A DNA stretch of 38,379 bases from Melioribacteraceae bacterium (GCA_041741395.1 JBGSKB010000112.1:1-38379); one strand, 5' to 3'. Shown: positions 1 to 9,166, numbered from the stretch's first letter. A program made the numbers and translations. The notes: a model not told the origin generated them from the sequence alone.

Positions 1-244
1 GAAAATTAGAAATATTTCAAATGAATTGAAACAAAACAACATTTCAAAGTACCAGAGAAAAGAAATAATTAAAACTGTTGACGAAAAAATTTCCATTTCA
101 AATAAAATTCATTATTTACGATTAATGCAAAGTTTATTTAAATATTGGCATGTAGCGCATCTTCCATTTGCCTTAATTATGTTGATAATTATGTTCGTTC
201 ACATAGTAGTTACCGTTACTTTTGGTTATAGATGGATTTTTTAA
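1..244 (+). CDS. C-terminal fragment of a membrane-anchored protein of unknown function (5' end outside the window)
   Basis: The frame of the 26..244 ORF stays open back to base 2, so the TTG at 26 is probably internal. It ends in one clear hydrophobic helix with His residues (HLPFALIMLIIMFVHIVVTVTFGY). I recognise no family motif. Confidence 0.4.
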   Translation, partial: KIRNISNELKQNNISKYQRKEIIKTVDEKISISNKIHYLRLMQSLFKYWHVAHLPFALIMLIIMFVHIVVTVTFGYRWIF

Positions 245-413
245 CTAAAATTAATGTGAATTTATTCGATTTTTAATACAGTATGTATTAATTACATGTA
301 AATTTTTAGTATCAATTTTATAAAAGTGCCATTTTACTTAGTTTTATTAACCTAAAGTATGGCATATTTATTGACTAATTGTCCTATTTAACTATTAAAG
401 TTGGGAAAGGAAT

Positions 414-1745
414 TTGGAAGTTTTAATAGAATATTTATTATCATCCATTGTTGTAATTCTTCTAATATCAATAGTTTTGTTTGCCTACTATAAAAGTCAT
501 AAAACAAAAACCGAAATTAATAAATTAAAAATTGATAGAGCAAAAGAATTTGGTTTTCATGAACCAATTTCACTTCATCCGGTAATCAACGAAGATATTT
601 GTATTGGAAGTGGTGCTTGCGTTGCCGCTTGTCCGGAAAAAGATATCTTAGGAATTGTTCATGGCAGAGGAAAATTAATAAATGCTTCTCAATGTGTAGG
701 ACACGGAGCTTGCTTTCATGCTTGTCCCGTTGAAGCAATTTCATTAGTAATGGGAACCGAAAAACGTGGTGTTGAGCTTCCGCATGTCAGTCCAAATTAT
801 GAAACAAATATTAAAGGAATTTATATTGCCGGTGAATTGGGCGGAATGGGTTTAATCAAAAATGCTGTTGAACAAGGCTCAAAAGCAATGGAAAATATTA
901 TTAAAACTCTGCCAAAAGAAAAAAACACAAAATATGATGTAATTATAGTTGGTGCTGGTCCGGCTGGAATTTCTGCTTCCTTAACGGCTGCAAATAATAA
1001 TCTAAAATTTTTAACACTTGAACAAGATAGTTTAGGCGGAACGGTTTTTTCTTTTCCAAGAGCAAAAGTTGTAATGACAAAACCGATGAATTTACCACTT
1101 TACGGAAAAGTGAAATTATTTGAAACTTCAAAAACAGAATTAATTGGACTTTGGAAAGAAGTTTTAGAAAAAAATAATATTTCCATTAATGAAAATGAAA
1201 AAGTATTAGAAATTATTGCTTATTCTCAATATTTTGAAGTAATTACAAATCATGATAAATACTCATGTTTAAAAGTTCTGCTTTCAATTGGAAGAAGAGG
1301 ATCACCAAGAAAATTAGGAATTCCGGGAGAAAATTTAGATAAGGTTGCATATCGATTACTCGAACCGGAATTAATAAAAAATCAAAAAGTAATTGTAGTT
1401 GGCGGAGGTGATTCAGCAATAGAATCAGCTTTATTACTTGCCGAAGATGGAACAAATCAAGTTACACTTTCTTATCGTTCTGCTTCGTTCAATAGACTTA
1501 AGCCAAAAATCCTTGAGAAAATTGAAAATGCAATCAAAACAAATAGAATAAATGTTATTTATGAATCAAATCTTACTGAAATTTTTGAACATGAAATTAA
1601 AATTCAACTTAAAAATGGAAGCACAATTCCAATACAAAATGATTTGATTTACATTTTTGCCGGTGGTGAATTGCCAAATAAATTCTTAGAGAAAATTGGA
1701 ATTAAAATAACTAAGAAGTATGGAGAAACGATATTAAAACATTAA
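414..1745 (+). CDS. Membrane-anchored 2x[4Fe-4S] ferredoxin-domain / FAD-NAD(P)-binding oxidoreductase (pyridine-nucleotide-disulfide / thioredoxin-reductase-like fold)
   Basis: N-terminal TM helix (LLSSIVVILLISIVLFAYY). Two ferredoxin cluster motifs (CIGSGACVAACP, CVGHGACFHACP). Two Rossmann dinucleotide motifs (VIIVGAGPAGISA, VIVVGGGDSAIESA). TTG start preceded by GGAAAGG. Confidence 0.8.
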   Translation: MEVLIEYLLSSIVVILLISIVLFAYYKSHKTKTEINKLKIDRAKEFGFHEPISLHPVINEDICIGSGACVAACPEKDILGIVHGRGKLINASQCVGHGACFHACPVEAISLVMGTEKRGVELPHVSPNYETNIKGIYIAGELGGMGLIKNAVEQGSKAMENIIKTLPKEKNTKYDVIIVGAGPAGISASLTAANNNLKFLTLEQDSLGGTVFSFPRAKVVMTKPMNLPLYGKVKLFETSKTELIGLWKEVLEKNNISINENEKVLEIIAYSQYFEVITNHDKYSCLKVLLSIGRRGSPRKLGIPGENLDKVAYRLLEPELIKNQKVIVVGGGDSAIESALLLAEDGTNQVTLSYRSASFNRLKPKILEKIENAIKTNRINVIYESNLTEIFEHEIKIQLKNGSTIPIQNDLIYIFAGGELPNKFLEKIGIKITKKYGETILKH

Positions 1746-1771
1746 TTCCCCAAATATTTCTTTTTTTAATT

Positions 1772-3322
1772 TTGCTTAATAATTTTCACATTGCACAAAT
1801 TTCACCAGGGGATTTAGCAAAAGCTCATACTGAATTTGAAGGAATGAGTAATTGTACAAAATGTCATGATTTAGGAAAACAAGTTTCGAAAGCAAAATGT
1901 CTTGATTGCCACACGGAAATTTCAGATTTAATTAATCTGAATAGAGGATTTCATTCAAATAAAAAAGTTGCTGCAAAAGATTGCTGGAGTTGCCACGGCG
2001 AACACTTTGGCAGAAATTTTAAAATCATAAAGTTTGATGAAAATAAATTTGATCATAACGAATCTGGATTTAAGTTAAAAGGAAGTCATAAAAAATTAGA
2101 TTGCGATAATTGTCACAAATCGGAATTTATTCATGATAAGAAATTAAGATCAAAGAAAAATACTTTTCTGGGATTGAGTACAAATTGTAAAAATTGTCAC
2201 GAAGATGTTCATCAAGGAACACTTGATGAAAATTGCGCAAAATGTCACACAGAAGAAAAATTTAAACTCGCAGAAAAATTTTCACATGAAAATACAAAAT
2301 TCAAATTAACCGGAAAACACCAAGAAGTTGATTGCGAAAAATGCCATGCTAAAGAAAAACGAAATAATAAATTATTTCAAAAATTTGCGGAAATAGAATT
2401 CAATAGTTGTAAATCGTGCCATGAGGATTTTCACAAAGGAAAATTTGGTAATGATTGTAAAAGTTGCCACAGCACAAATTCATTTAAGGAAGTAAACATT
2501 TCAAATAAATTTGATCATTCAAAAACTAATTTTCCACTAATTGCAAAACACAAAAATGTAAAATGTGAAAATTGTCATAAAGAAAGTTTAACAAGTAAAC
2601 CAAAATTTTCTAAATGCTATGATTGCCACACAGATTATCATAAAGGTGAATTTGTAAAAAATTATATTCAAACAGATTGCAAAATTTGTCATACAGAATC
2701 TGGATTTTCACCATCTAACTTTACTTTAGAAATGCATGATAAAACTGATTTCAAATTGACCAATTCACACATTGCAACGCCATGTTTTTCATGTCATTTA
2801 AAAAATGAAAATTGGATTTTTAAAATTTCAGGAGAAAAATGTATTTCTTGTCATTCAAATATTCATGGAAATGAAATTGGGGAAAAATATTTCCATAATG
2901 AAAAATGTGAATTTTGTCATTCTACAAAAACTTGGAAAGAGATTGAATTTGATCATACTACAACAGAATTTGAATTAACTGGAAAACATGTAACTGCATC
3001 TTGTAGAGATTGCCATTTTGCAATTGAAGACTCAAAAATAATTTCGCAAAAATTTATTCAGCTTAAAACAAATTGCTTATCGTGTCATAAAGATATTCAT
3101 CAAGGTCAGTTTATTGAAAATGAAAAAGAACTTTGTCAAAATTGTCATACATCTTTTAATTGGCAGCCGACTTTATTTGATCATAACAAAACAAGATTTG
3201 CATTAGATGGAGCACATCAAAAAGTTAGTTGCGATAAATGTCATAAGCAAATTGTTAGAAATGAAGTTTCTTTTACAAATTATAAAATAGAGGATGTAAG
3301 ATGTATAAGCTGCCATTCTTAA
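1772..3322 (+). CDS. Multiheme c-type cytochrome, 20 CxxCH motifs
   Basis: I count 20 CxxCH heme-binding motifs by hand, mostly in paired arrangement (CxxCH-x10-11-CxxCH), with recurring F(D/S)H..T.F.L.G.H spacers. The tracked TTG start gives no signal peptide; an in-frame ATT at 1733 would (see findings). The 3' end overlaps the next cytochrome gene by 22 nt. Confidence 0.85.
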   Translation: MLNNFHIAQISPGDLAKAHTEFEGMSNCTKCHDLGKQVSKAKCLDCHTEISDLINLNRGFHSNKKVAAKDCWSCHGEHFGRNFKIIKFDENKFDHNESGFKLKGSHKKLDCDNCHKSEFIHDKKLRSKKNTFLGLSTNCKNCHEDVHQGTLDENCAKCHTEEKFKLAEKFSHENTKFKLTGKHQEVDCEKCHAKEKRNNKLFQKFAEIEFNSCKSCHEDFHKGKFGNDCKSCHSTNSFKEVNISNKFDHSKTNFPLIAKHKNVKCENCHKESLTSKPKFSKCYDCHTDYHKGEFVKNYIQTDCKICHTESGFSPSNFTLEMHDKTDFKLTNSHIATPCFSCHLKNENWIFKISGEKCISCHSNIHGNEIGEKYFHNEKCEFCHSTKTWKEIEFDHTTTEFELTGKHVTASCRDCHFAIEDSKIISQKFIQLKTNCLSCHKDIHQGQFIENEKELCQNCHTSFNWQPTLFDHNKTRFALDGAHQKVSCDKCHKQIVRNEVSFTNYKIEDVRCISCHS

Positions 3323-6300
3323 TATTTTTTATTTTTGTATTCTCTATAAAATACTCTCAAACTCCGCATGGAGAAAATTTTAATTTTGATTGCGCAGTTT
3401 GTCATTCCACAAATGATTGGAAAGTTGATTTAAAGAAATTAGATTTTGATCATGCTCTAACAAACTTTGAATTGGTTGGTCAGCATAAAGTTTTGGATTG
3501 TCAATCATGCCATTCAACATTAAAGTTTGCGGATGTAAAAAATAATTGTTTTGATTGTCACACTAATATTCATCAAAGCACAGTTGAACCAAATTGCGAA
3601 CAATGCCATAATTCAAATTCTTGGGTTATTACAAATATTAATGACATGCACGATGTTAGTAGATTTCCATTGCTTGGCGCACACAAAATTGCTGATTGCA
3701 AAGATTGTCATACATCAGTAGATAAATTACAATTTCAAATTGTTGGTTCACAATGTGTTGATTGTCATTTAAGCGATTACCAATCAGCTCAAGCACCAAA
3801 TCATATTGAAGCTGGATTTTCTAAAGAATGTGAAGATTGCCATAATGTTAGTGATTTGGATTGGAATAAAGCAAATGTTACTCATGATTTTTTTCCATTA
3901 GTTGGCGGACATAAAATAAGTAATTGCTTTGATTGTCATGCCCAAACTACATTTGAAGGTTTATCGCAAGAATGTTTAACTTGTCATCAAAAAGATTTTA
4001 ATTCAACTAATAATCCAAACCATACTGCATCTGGGTTTTCGACCGATTGTTTAGAATGCCATAATACAAATCCAGGTTGGCAGCCAGCGTTATTTAAAGA
4101 ACACGATAAATTTTTTGTTTTAGACGGTGCCCACAAAACAATCGAAAATGATTGTGTAAAATGTCATACAAAAGGCTATATAAATACTCCAAATCAGTGT
4201 TATGATTGCCATCAATCAGATTATAATTCTGCAACAAATCCAGTTCATCAATCAGCAGGTTTTGGAACCGATTGCGAATCTTGTCATACAACAAAGGCTT
4301 GGGAACCGGCAACATTCGATCATGATAATCAATTTTTCCCAATTTATTCTGGTGAACATAAAGGCGAGTGGAATGAATGTTCTGATTGTCATACGAATTC
4401 TTCTAATTACCAAATATTTGAATGTACCACTTGTCACGAGCATAATCAGAATTCTATGAATGAAGAACATAGCGGAATAAATGGATATGTTTATGAAAGT
4501 AATGCATGTTTTGCTTGTCATCCAACCGGAAGTGAAAATGACGGATTTAATCATTCTGCAACAAATTTTCCTTTAACTGGTGCGCATACTTCAACTGCTT
4601 GTTCGGATTGTCATTCTTCTGGTTATCAAGGAACATCAATGGAATGCAATTCTTGCCATTTGCAAGATTTTCAAAATTCTGTAAATCCAAATCATCAACA
4701 AATTGGATTAGATCAAAATTGCGAGCAATGCCATTCTACAAATCCAGATTGGCAACCGGCTTCATTTCCGGTTCACAATGAATTTTATTTACTGGACGGT
4801 GCACATGCAATTATTGCAAATGATTGTAATTCTTGTCATTCTGCTGATTACGCAAACACTAAAAATTTATGCTATGATTGTCATACAAATAATTATACTA
4901 ATACCAGCAACCCAAATCATCAATCAACTGGATTTGGAACTGATTGCGAAACATGTCACTCGCAAAATGCTTGGCAGCCGGCAACATTTGATCATGATAA
5001 TCAATTCTTTCCAATTTATTCAGGCAAACATAATAATGAGTGGAATGAATGTTCGGATTGCCATACGAATTCTTCTAATTACCAAGTATTTGAATGTATA
5101 AATTGTCATGAACATGAAAAAACAAAAATGGATGAGGAGCATAACGGAATTCAAGGTTATCAATATATTAGCTCTGAATGTTTTGCTTGTCATCCAACTG
5201 GAAGTGAAGAAGGAGCTTTTAATCATGCTGCATCAGAGTTTCCACTAACCGGTGCGCACACTTCGCAAGAATGTATTGACTGTCATCAAAACGGATATTT
5301 AAATACTTCTACTGAATGTGTGAGTTGTCATCAAAATAATTTTAATAATTCAACTGATCCAAATCATGTTCAGGTAGGAATTTCAAATAAGTGCGAGGAT
5401 TGCCATAATACATCGGTTTGGAATCCTTCAACTTTTAATCATGCAACAACAGGATTTGAATTAGTTGGCGGACATAATATTACAAACTGTTCAAGTTGTC
5501 ATTCTGTAAATACAGCAAATGTATCCGCAGATTGTTATACTTGTCATGCAGATGAATATAGCCAGGCACCCGAACACGTTTCACAGAATTATCCGAAAAC
5601 ATGTCAAGAATGTCATAATACCACAAACTGGAGTGAGACAACATTTGATCATAACAATACAAATTTTGCATTGACTGGTGCGCATGTAAATACTGATTGT
5701 TCAACATGTCATACCAAGGGTTATGTGGGAACTCCAACAGAATGTTTTGCGTGTCATGAAACGAATTTTAATAGTTCGGTAAATCCAAATCATGTTCAAG
5801 TTGGAATTTCAAATAAGTGCGAGGATTGCCATAATACATCAGTTTGGAATCCTTCAACTTTTAATCATGCAACAACAGGATTTGAATTAGTTGGCGGACA
5901 TAATACTACAAACTGTTCAAGTTGTCATTCTGTAAATACAGCAAATGCATCCGCAGATTGTTATACTTGTCATGCAGATGATTATAGCCAGGCACCCGAA
6001 CATATTTCACAGAATTATCCGCAAGTTTGTCAGGAATGTCATAATACAACAAACTGGAGCGAAACAACATTTGATCATAACAATACAAACTTTGCATTGA
6101 CTGGAGCTCACACAAGTGCTAGCTGCAGCGATTGTCATTCATCAGGTTATTCCGGTACCTCAACAGTTTGTGCCGATTGCCATATTAGTAGTTTTAATAA
6201 TTCAACAAACCCAAGTCATACATCACTTGGACTTTCAACAAATTGTATAGATTGTCATTCTACAAATCCAGATTGGCAACCGGCTACTTTTGCTATTCAC

Positions 6301-6771
6301 AATAATTTTTATGTTTTACAAGGCGCACATTCAACCATCTCAAATGATTGTGCAACTTGCCATAATGGAAATTATAATAGCACTCCCCCAGATTGCTATG
6401 GTTGTCATAGTAATGATTATAATTCAACAACAAACCCAATACATTCAAGTTCTGGATTTGGAACAAGCTGTGAAGATTGTCATTCGCAAAACGCATGGAA
6501 ACCAGCAACATTCGATCACGATGGTCAGTATTTCCCAATTTATTCTGGAGAGCATAAAGGAGAATGGAATTCTTGTTCTGATTGTCACACAAATCAAAAT
6601 GATTTTTCTGTTTTTTCTTGTATTGATTGTCATGAACATAATCAAACCGATATGAATAATAAGCACAGAGAAGAAAGTGGATATTCATATAATAGTAATG
6701 CTTGTTACGATTGCCATCCAAATGGAAAAGAAAGCAACTTAAATAAAAAACAACTTTTTAGATTTGAATAA
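3301..6771 (+). CDS. Very large multiheme c-type cytochrome, 46 CxxCH motifs, Sec signal peptide
   Basis: Signal peptide MYKLPFLIFFIFVFSIKYSQ. I count 46 CxxCH motifs by hand, about one per 25 residues. Modular internal repeats are visible at both protein and DNA level. ATG start overlaps the upstream cytochrome gene. Confidence 0.9.
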   Translation: MYKLPFLIFFIFVFSIKYSQTPHGENFNFDCAVCHSTNDWKVDLKKLDFDHALTNFELVGQHKVLDCQSCHSTLKFADVKNNCFDCHTNIHQSTVEPNCEQCHNSNSWVITNINDMHDVSRFPLLGAHKIADCKDCHTSVDKLQFQIVGSQCVDCHLSDYQSAQAPNHIEAGFSKECEDCHNVSDLDWNKANVTHDFFPLVGGHKISNCFDCHAQTTFEGLSQECLTCHQKDFNSTNNPNHTASGFSTDCLECHNTNPGWQPALFKEHDKFFVLDGAHKTIENDCVKCHTKGYINTPNQCYDCHQSDYNSATNPVHQSAGFGTDCESCHTTKAWEPATFDHDNQFFPIYSGEHKGEWNECSDCHTNSSNYQIFECTTCHEHNQNSMNEEHSGINGYVYESNACFACHPTGSENDGFNHSATNFPLTGAHTSTACSDCHSSGYQGTSMECNSCHLQDFQNSVNPNHQQIGLDQNCEQCHSTNPDWQPASFPVHNEFYLLDGAHAIIANDCNSCHSADYANTKNLCYDCHTNNYTNTSNPNHQSTGFGTDCETCHSQNAWQPATFDHDNQFFPIYSGKHNNEWNECSDCHTNSSNYQVFECINCHEHEKTKMDEEHNGIQGYQYISSECFACHPTGSEEGAFNHAASEFPLTGAHTSQECIDCHQNGYLNTSTECVSCHQNNFNNSTDPNHVQVGISNKCEDCHNTSVWNPSTFNHATTGFELVGGHNITNCSSCHSVNTANVSADCYTCHADEYSQAPEHVSQNYPKTCQECHNTTNWSETTFDHNNTNFALTGAHVNTDCSTCHTKGYVGTPTECFACHETNFNSSVNPNHVQVGISNKCEDCHNTSVWNPSTFNHATTGFELVGGHNTTNCSSCHSVNTANASADCYTCHADDYSQAPEHISQNYPQVCQECHNTTNWSETTFDHNNTNFALTGAHTSASCSDCHSSGYSGTSTVCADCHISSFNNSTNPSHTSLGLSTNCIDCHSTNPDWQPATFAIHNNFYVLQGAHSTISNDCATCHNGNYNSTPPDCYGCHSNDYNSTTNPIHSSSGFGTSCEDCHSQNAWKPATFDHDGQYFPIYSGEHKGEWNSCSDCHTNQNDFSVFSCIDCHEHNQTDMNNKHREESGYSYNSNACYDCHPNGKESNLNKKQLFRFE
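5359..6103 (+). repeat. Near-identical in-frame tandem duplication inside the 46-heme cytochrome gene (two ~320-bp copies, period 426 bp = 142 aa)
   Basis: Copy 1 (5359..5678) and copy 2 (5785..6103) align base for base with only scattered substitutions. At protein level: NPNHVQVGISNKCEDCHNTSVWNPSTFNHATTGFELVGGHN.TNCSSCHSVNTAN.SADCYTCHAD.YSQAPEH.SQNYP..CQECHNTTNWSETTFDHNNTNFALTGAH. Confidence 0.85.
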
Positions 6772-6779
6772 AAATACGC

Positions 6780-8390
6780 ATGATTAAAAATATAAAAATA
6801 TTATTGTTGCTTTCGTTTATCGTTTTATCAGCACAGCAAAAAGATAAAACAGTTGTTTCCGGAAAAATTGAGTATGTATCTTCTCAATTTACTTATGTTA
6901 GTTTTTCAAATACAGAAGGAATAAATATTGGTGATACTTTATTTATTAAAAATAAATTAACAAATATTCCCAAATTAATAGTTCATTCAAAATCATCAAG
7001 ATCATGCGCAGCAACGGTTATCAAAGAAAAATTACAGAAAGGATTTGAAGTTTTTGCTTATGTGAAAGGTGAAAATGAAAAATCTTTAATTATTAAAGAT
7101 GATGAAAAAAATATTTTAACACACGAAAAATCGGAAGAAGTGAAACCAGACGTAAATGAAAATTCAAGCAAGTATAAATCCGAAAAAGATAATTTCTCCG
7201 GTAAATTTAATTTATCTAGTTATTCTAATTTATCAAATAGTACAAGCAGTGAAAATTATCAAAAGTGGAGATATTCATTTTCACTAAACGCAGACAATAT
7301 AAATAACTCCGGATTTTCATTTTCGAATTATATTACTTTTAGATATAGAGCCGATGAATGGAACTATACTAAATCACACTTAAGCGATGCAGTAAAACTT
7401 TATGATCTTGCAGTTTCATACGAAATGCAAAAAACAAAGTTTACTTTGGGAAGAAAAATAAATTCTAATATTGCAAACATTGGAGCGATTGATGGTTTGC
7501 AAGTTGAATCAAATTTTAAGTCGCTGTCAATAGGCGGAGTTATTGGTTCAAGACCAAATTTTAGTGATTATGGATATAATATTAATCTTCTGCAAATTGG
7601 AGGATTTGTAAGCAAAACTGATTCATTAGGAAAAGGTGAAATGCAAAATACACTTTCTGTATTTCAGCAAATGAATAATGGAACAACTGACAGAAGATTT
7701 TTTTACTTACAACATTCGAATAATATTATAAAAAATCTTGGAGTTTTTTTATCCACAGAAGTAGATTTATTTAAAAATGAAAATAATAAAGCAAGCAATG
7801 ATTTTAGATTAACGAGTTTTTATGTTTCCGCAAGATTTACTCCGGCAAGATGGCTTTCCGCAACAGCAAGTTATGATGCCAGGAAAAATGTTATTTATTA
7901 TGAAACATTTAAAAATTATGCTGATGAGCTTATAGAATCAGTGCTTAGACAAGGTTTTAGATTGAGATTAAACATAAGACCAGTGAATTATATTTTTGTT
8001 AGTTTAAATTCCGGATATAGATTTAGCGAAAACGATGACAAACCATCGAATAATTTTGGAATTTCTGTTACACATTCTAGAATTCCATACCTAAATATTT
8101 CTGCCAATATAAATTATCTTGGGCTAAAAACAACTTATTTAAACGGAAATATAATTGGATTAAGACTTTCCAAAGATTTATTAGATGGTGCTGTATATGG
8201 AACATTGGGTTATAGAAATGTAAATTATAAATTCATAAGCACAGAAAGTAAACTCTTGCAAGATATTTTTTCTGCAGATATTTCTTTTCGAATAAATAAA
8301 AGTTTAGCTCTTTCATTTAGTTTTGAAGGTACCTATGAAGGCAAATCAAGTTATTCAAACATTTACACTAATTTTTCTTGGAGATTTTAA
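6780..8390 (+). CDS. Predicted outer-membrane beta-barrel protein (porin-like) with an N-terminal ~100-aa soluble domain
   Basis: Signal peptide MIKNIKILLLLSFIVLSAQQ. Long stretch of alternating hydrophobic/polar, Y/S/N/G-rich strands. C-terminal ...YTNFSWRF ends in an aromatic residue, as is typical of OMP barrels. Lies 9 nt downstream of the 46-heme cytochrome on the same strand. Confidence 0.6.
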   Translation: MIKNIKILLLLSFIVLSAQQKDKTVVSGKIEYVSSQFTYVSFSNTEGINIGDTLFIKNKLTNIPKLIVHSKSSRSCAATVIKEKLQKGFEVFAYVKGENEKSLIIKDDEKNILTHEKSEEVKPDVNENSSKYKSEKDNFSGKFNLSSYSNLSNSTSSENYQKWRYSFSLNADNINNSGFSFSNYITFRYRADEWNYTKSHLSDAVKLYDLAVSYEMQKTKFTLGRKINSNIANIGAIDGLQVESNFKSLSIGGVIGSRPNFSDYGYNINLLQIGGFVSKTDSLGKGEMQNTLSVFQQMNNGTTDRRFFYLQHSNNIIKNLGVFLSTEVDLFKNENNKASNDFRLTSFYVSARFTPARWLSATASYDARKNVIYYETFKNYADELIESVLRQGFRLRLNIRPVNYIFVSLNSGYRFSENDDKPSNNFGISVTHSRIPYLNISANINYLGLKTTYLNGNIIGLRLSKDLLDGAVYGTLGYRNVNYKFISTESKLLQDIFSADISFRINKSLALSFSFEGTYEGKSSYSNIYTNFSWRF

Positions 8391-9166
8391 ATTGTTATTT
8401 CACCATGCAAATAAAGTACTGCTTTTCCCGAAATTTTAACGCGGTCACTTAAAAATTCACAAAATAATTCTCCACCTCGTTTTGAAACTTGTAAAGCATG
8501 AAGATTATTTTTGTTCAGCTTTTTTGCCCATAATGGTATTAACAAAGTGTGTGCATAACCGGTAACCGGATCTTCATCTATACCAACATCCGGTGCGAAA
8601 AATCGAGAAACAAAATCGACATTATTTCCTTTAGAAGTAATAATTACTCCATGGGTTTTTAATTTTAGAAAATCTTTTATTTTTGGATTTAAATTTCTAA
8701 CAGTGTCTTCACTGTCCAAAACACAAATTGTTGATTTATCAAAATAAACTTCATTTGGAGTTTCACCTAAAGCGTTAATTAAAATTTCGTTTGATTCAAT
8801 TAGTTGAGGATTTCTGGAAGGAAAATTTAAATTAATTAAACCATTTTCTTTTGTCACAATTAATTTTCCACTTCGAGAATTAAATTCGATTTTATTTTCA
8901 GAATAGTTTAAAATGTTAAACATTACAAATGATGATGCAAGAGTTGCGTGTCCGCATAAATCAACTTCACTTGTCGGAGTGAACCATCTTATTCTATATC
9001 CATCTTTTTCATTTACAAAAAAGGCAGTTTCTGCTAAATTATTTTCGGCAGCAATATTTTGCATTAATGAATCTTCCAGCCAAACATCCAATGGTACAAC
9101 TGCAGCGGGATTTCCCTTAAAAACTTCACTTGTAAAAGCATCAACTTGGTATAGTTTTAATTTCAT
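8387..9166 (-). CDS. PhzF-family (phenazine biosynthesis-like) isomerase
   Basis: N-terminus MKLKLYQVDAFTSEVFKGNPAAVVPL plus later motifs (FFVNEKDGYRIRWFTPTSEVDLCGHATLAS, EDPVTGYAHTLL) are characteristic of the PhzF/YddE family. Its stop overlaps the stop of the convergent barrel gene. Confidence 0.9.
   Translation of the reverse strand: MKLKLYQVDAFTSEVFKGNPAAVVPLDVWLEDSLMQNIAAENNLAETAFFVNEKDGYRIRWFTPTSEVDLCGHATLASSFVMFNILNYSENKIEFNSRSGKLIVTKENGLINLNFPSRNPQLIESNEILINALGETPNEVYFDKSTICVLDSEDTVRNLNPKIKDFLKLKTHGVIITSKGNNVDFVSRFFAPDVGIDEDPVTGYAHTLLIPLWAKKLNKNNLHALQVSKRGGELFCEFLSDRVKISGKAVLYLHGEITI

Noticed and set aside
943-1455. Minus-strand ORFs 943..1131 and 1243..1455 inside the Fe-S flavoprotein gene.
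   Set aside because: They are antisense to a gene with clear ferredoxin and Rossmann motifs, and their low-complexity translations are typical of AT-rich antisense frames.
4094-6721. Ten tracked ORFs of 60-142 aa on both strands inside the 46-heme cytochrome gene (4094..4342, 4202..4459, 4252..4554, 4599..4781, 4778..5101, 5020..5226, 5480..5737, 5906..6115, 6290..6655, 6293..6721 and 6445..6666).
   Set aside because: All are embedded in a 3.5-kb ORF with overwhelming coding evidence (46 CxxCH motifs). Their translations are low-complexity I/L/N/Y-rich strings with no motifs. They recur only because the underlying DNA is repeated.
3301-6771. A high density of N-x-S/T sequons in the 46-heme cytochrome (NSTNNP, NTSVWNPS, NTTNWSE, NITNCS...), which might suggest heavy glycosylation.
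   Set aside because: Asn, Ser and Thr enrichment is expected from the AT-rich codon bias and the repeat structure. Nothing in the sequence argues for a glycosylation system in this window.
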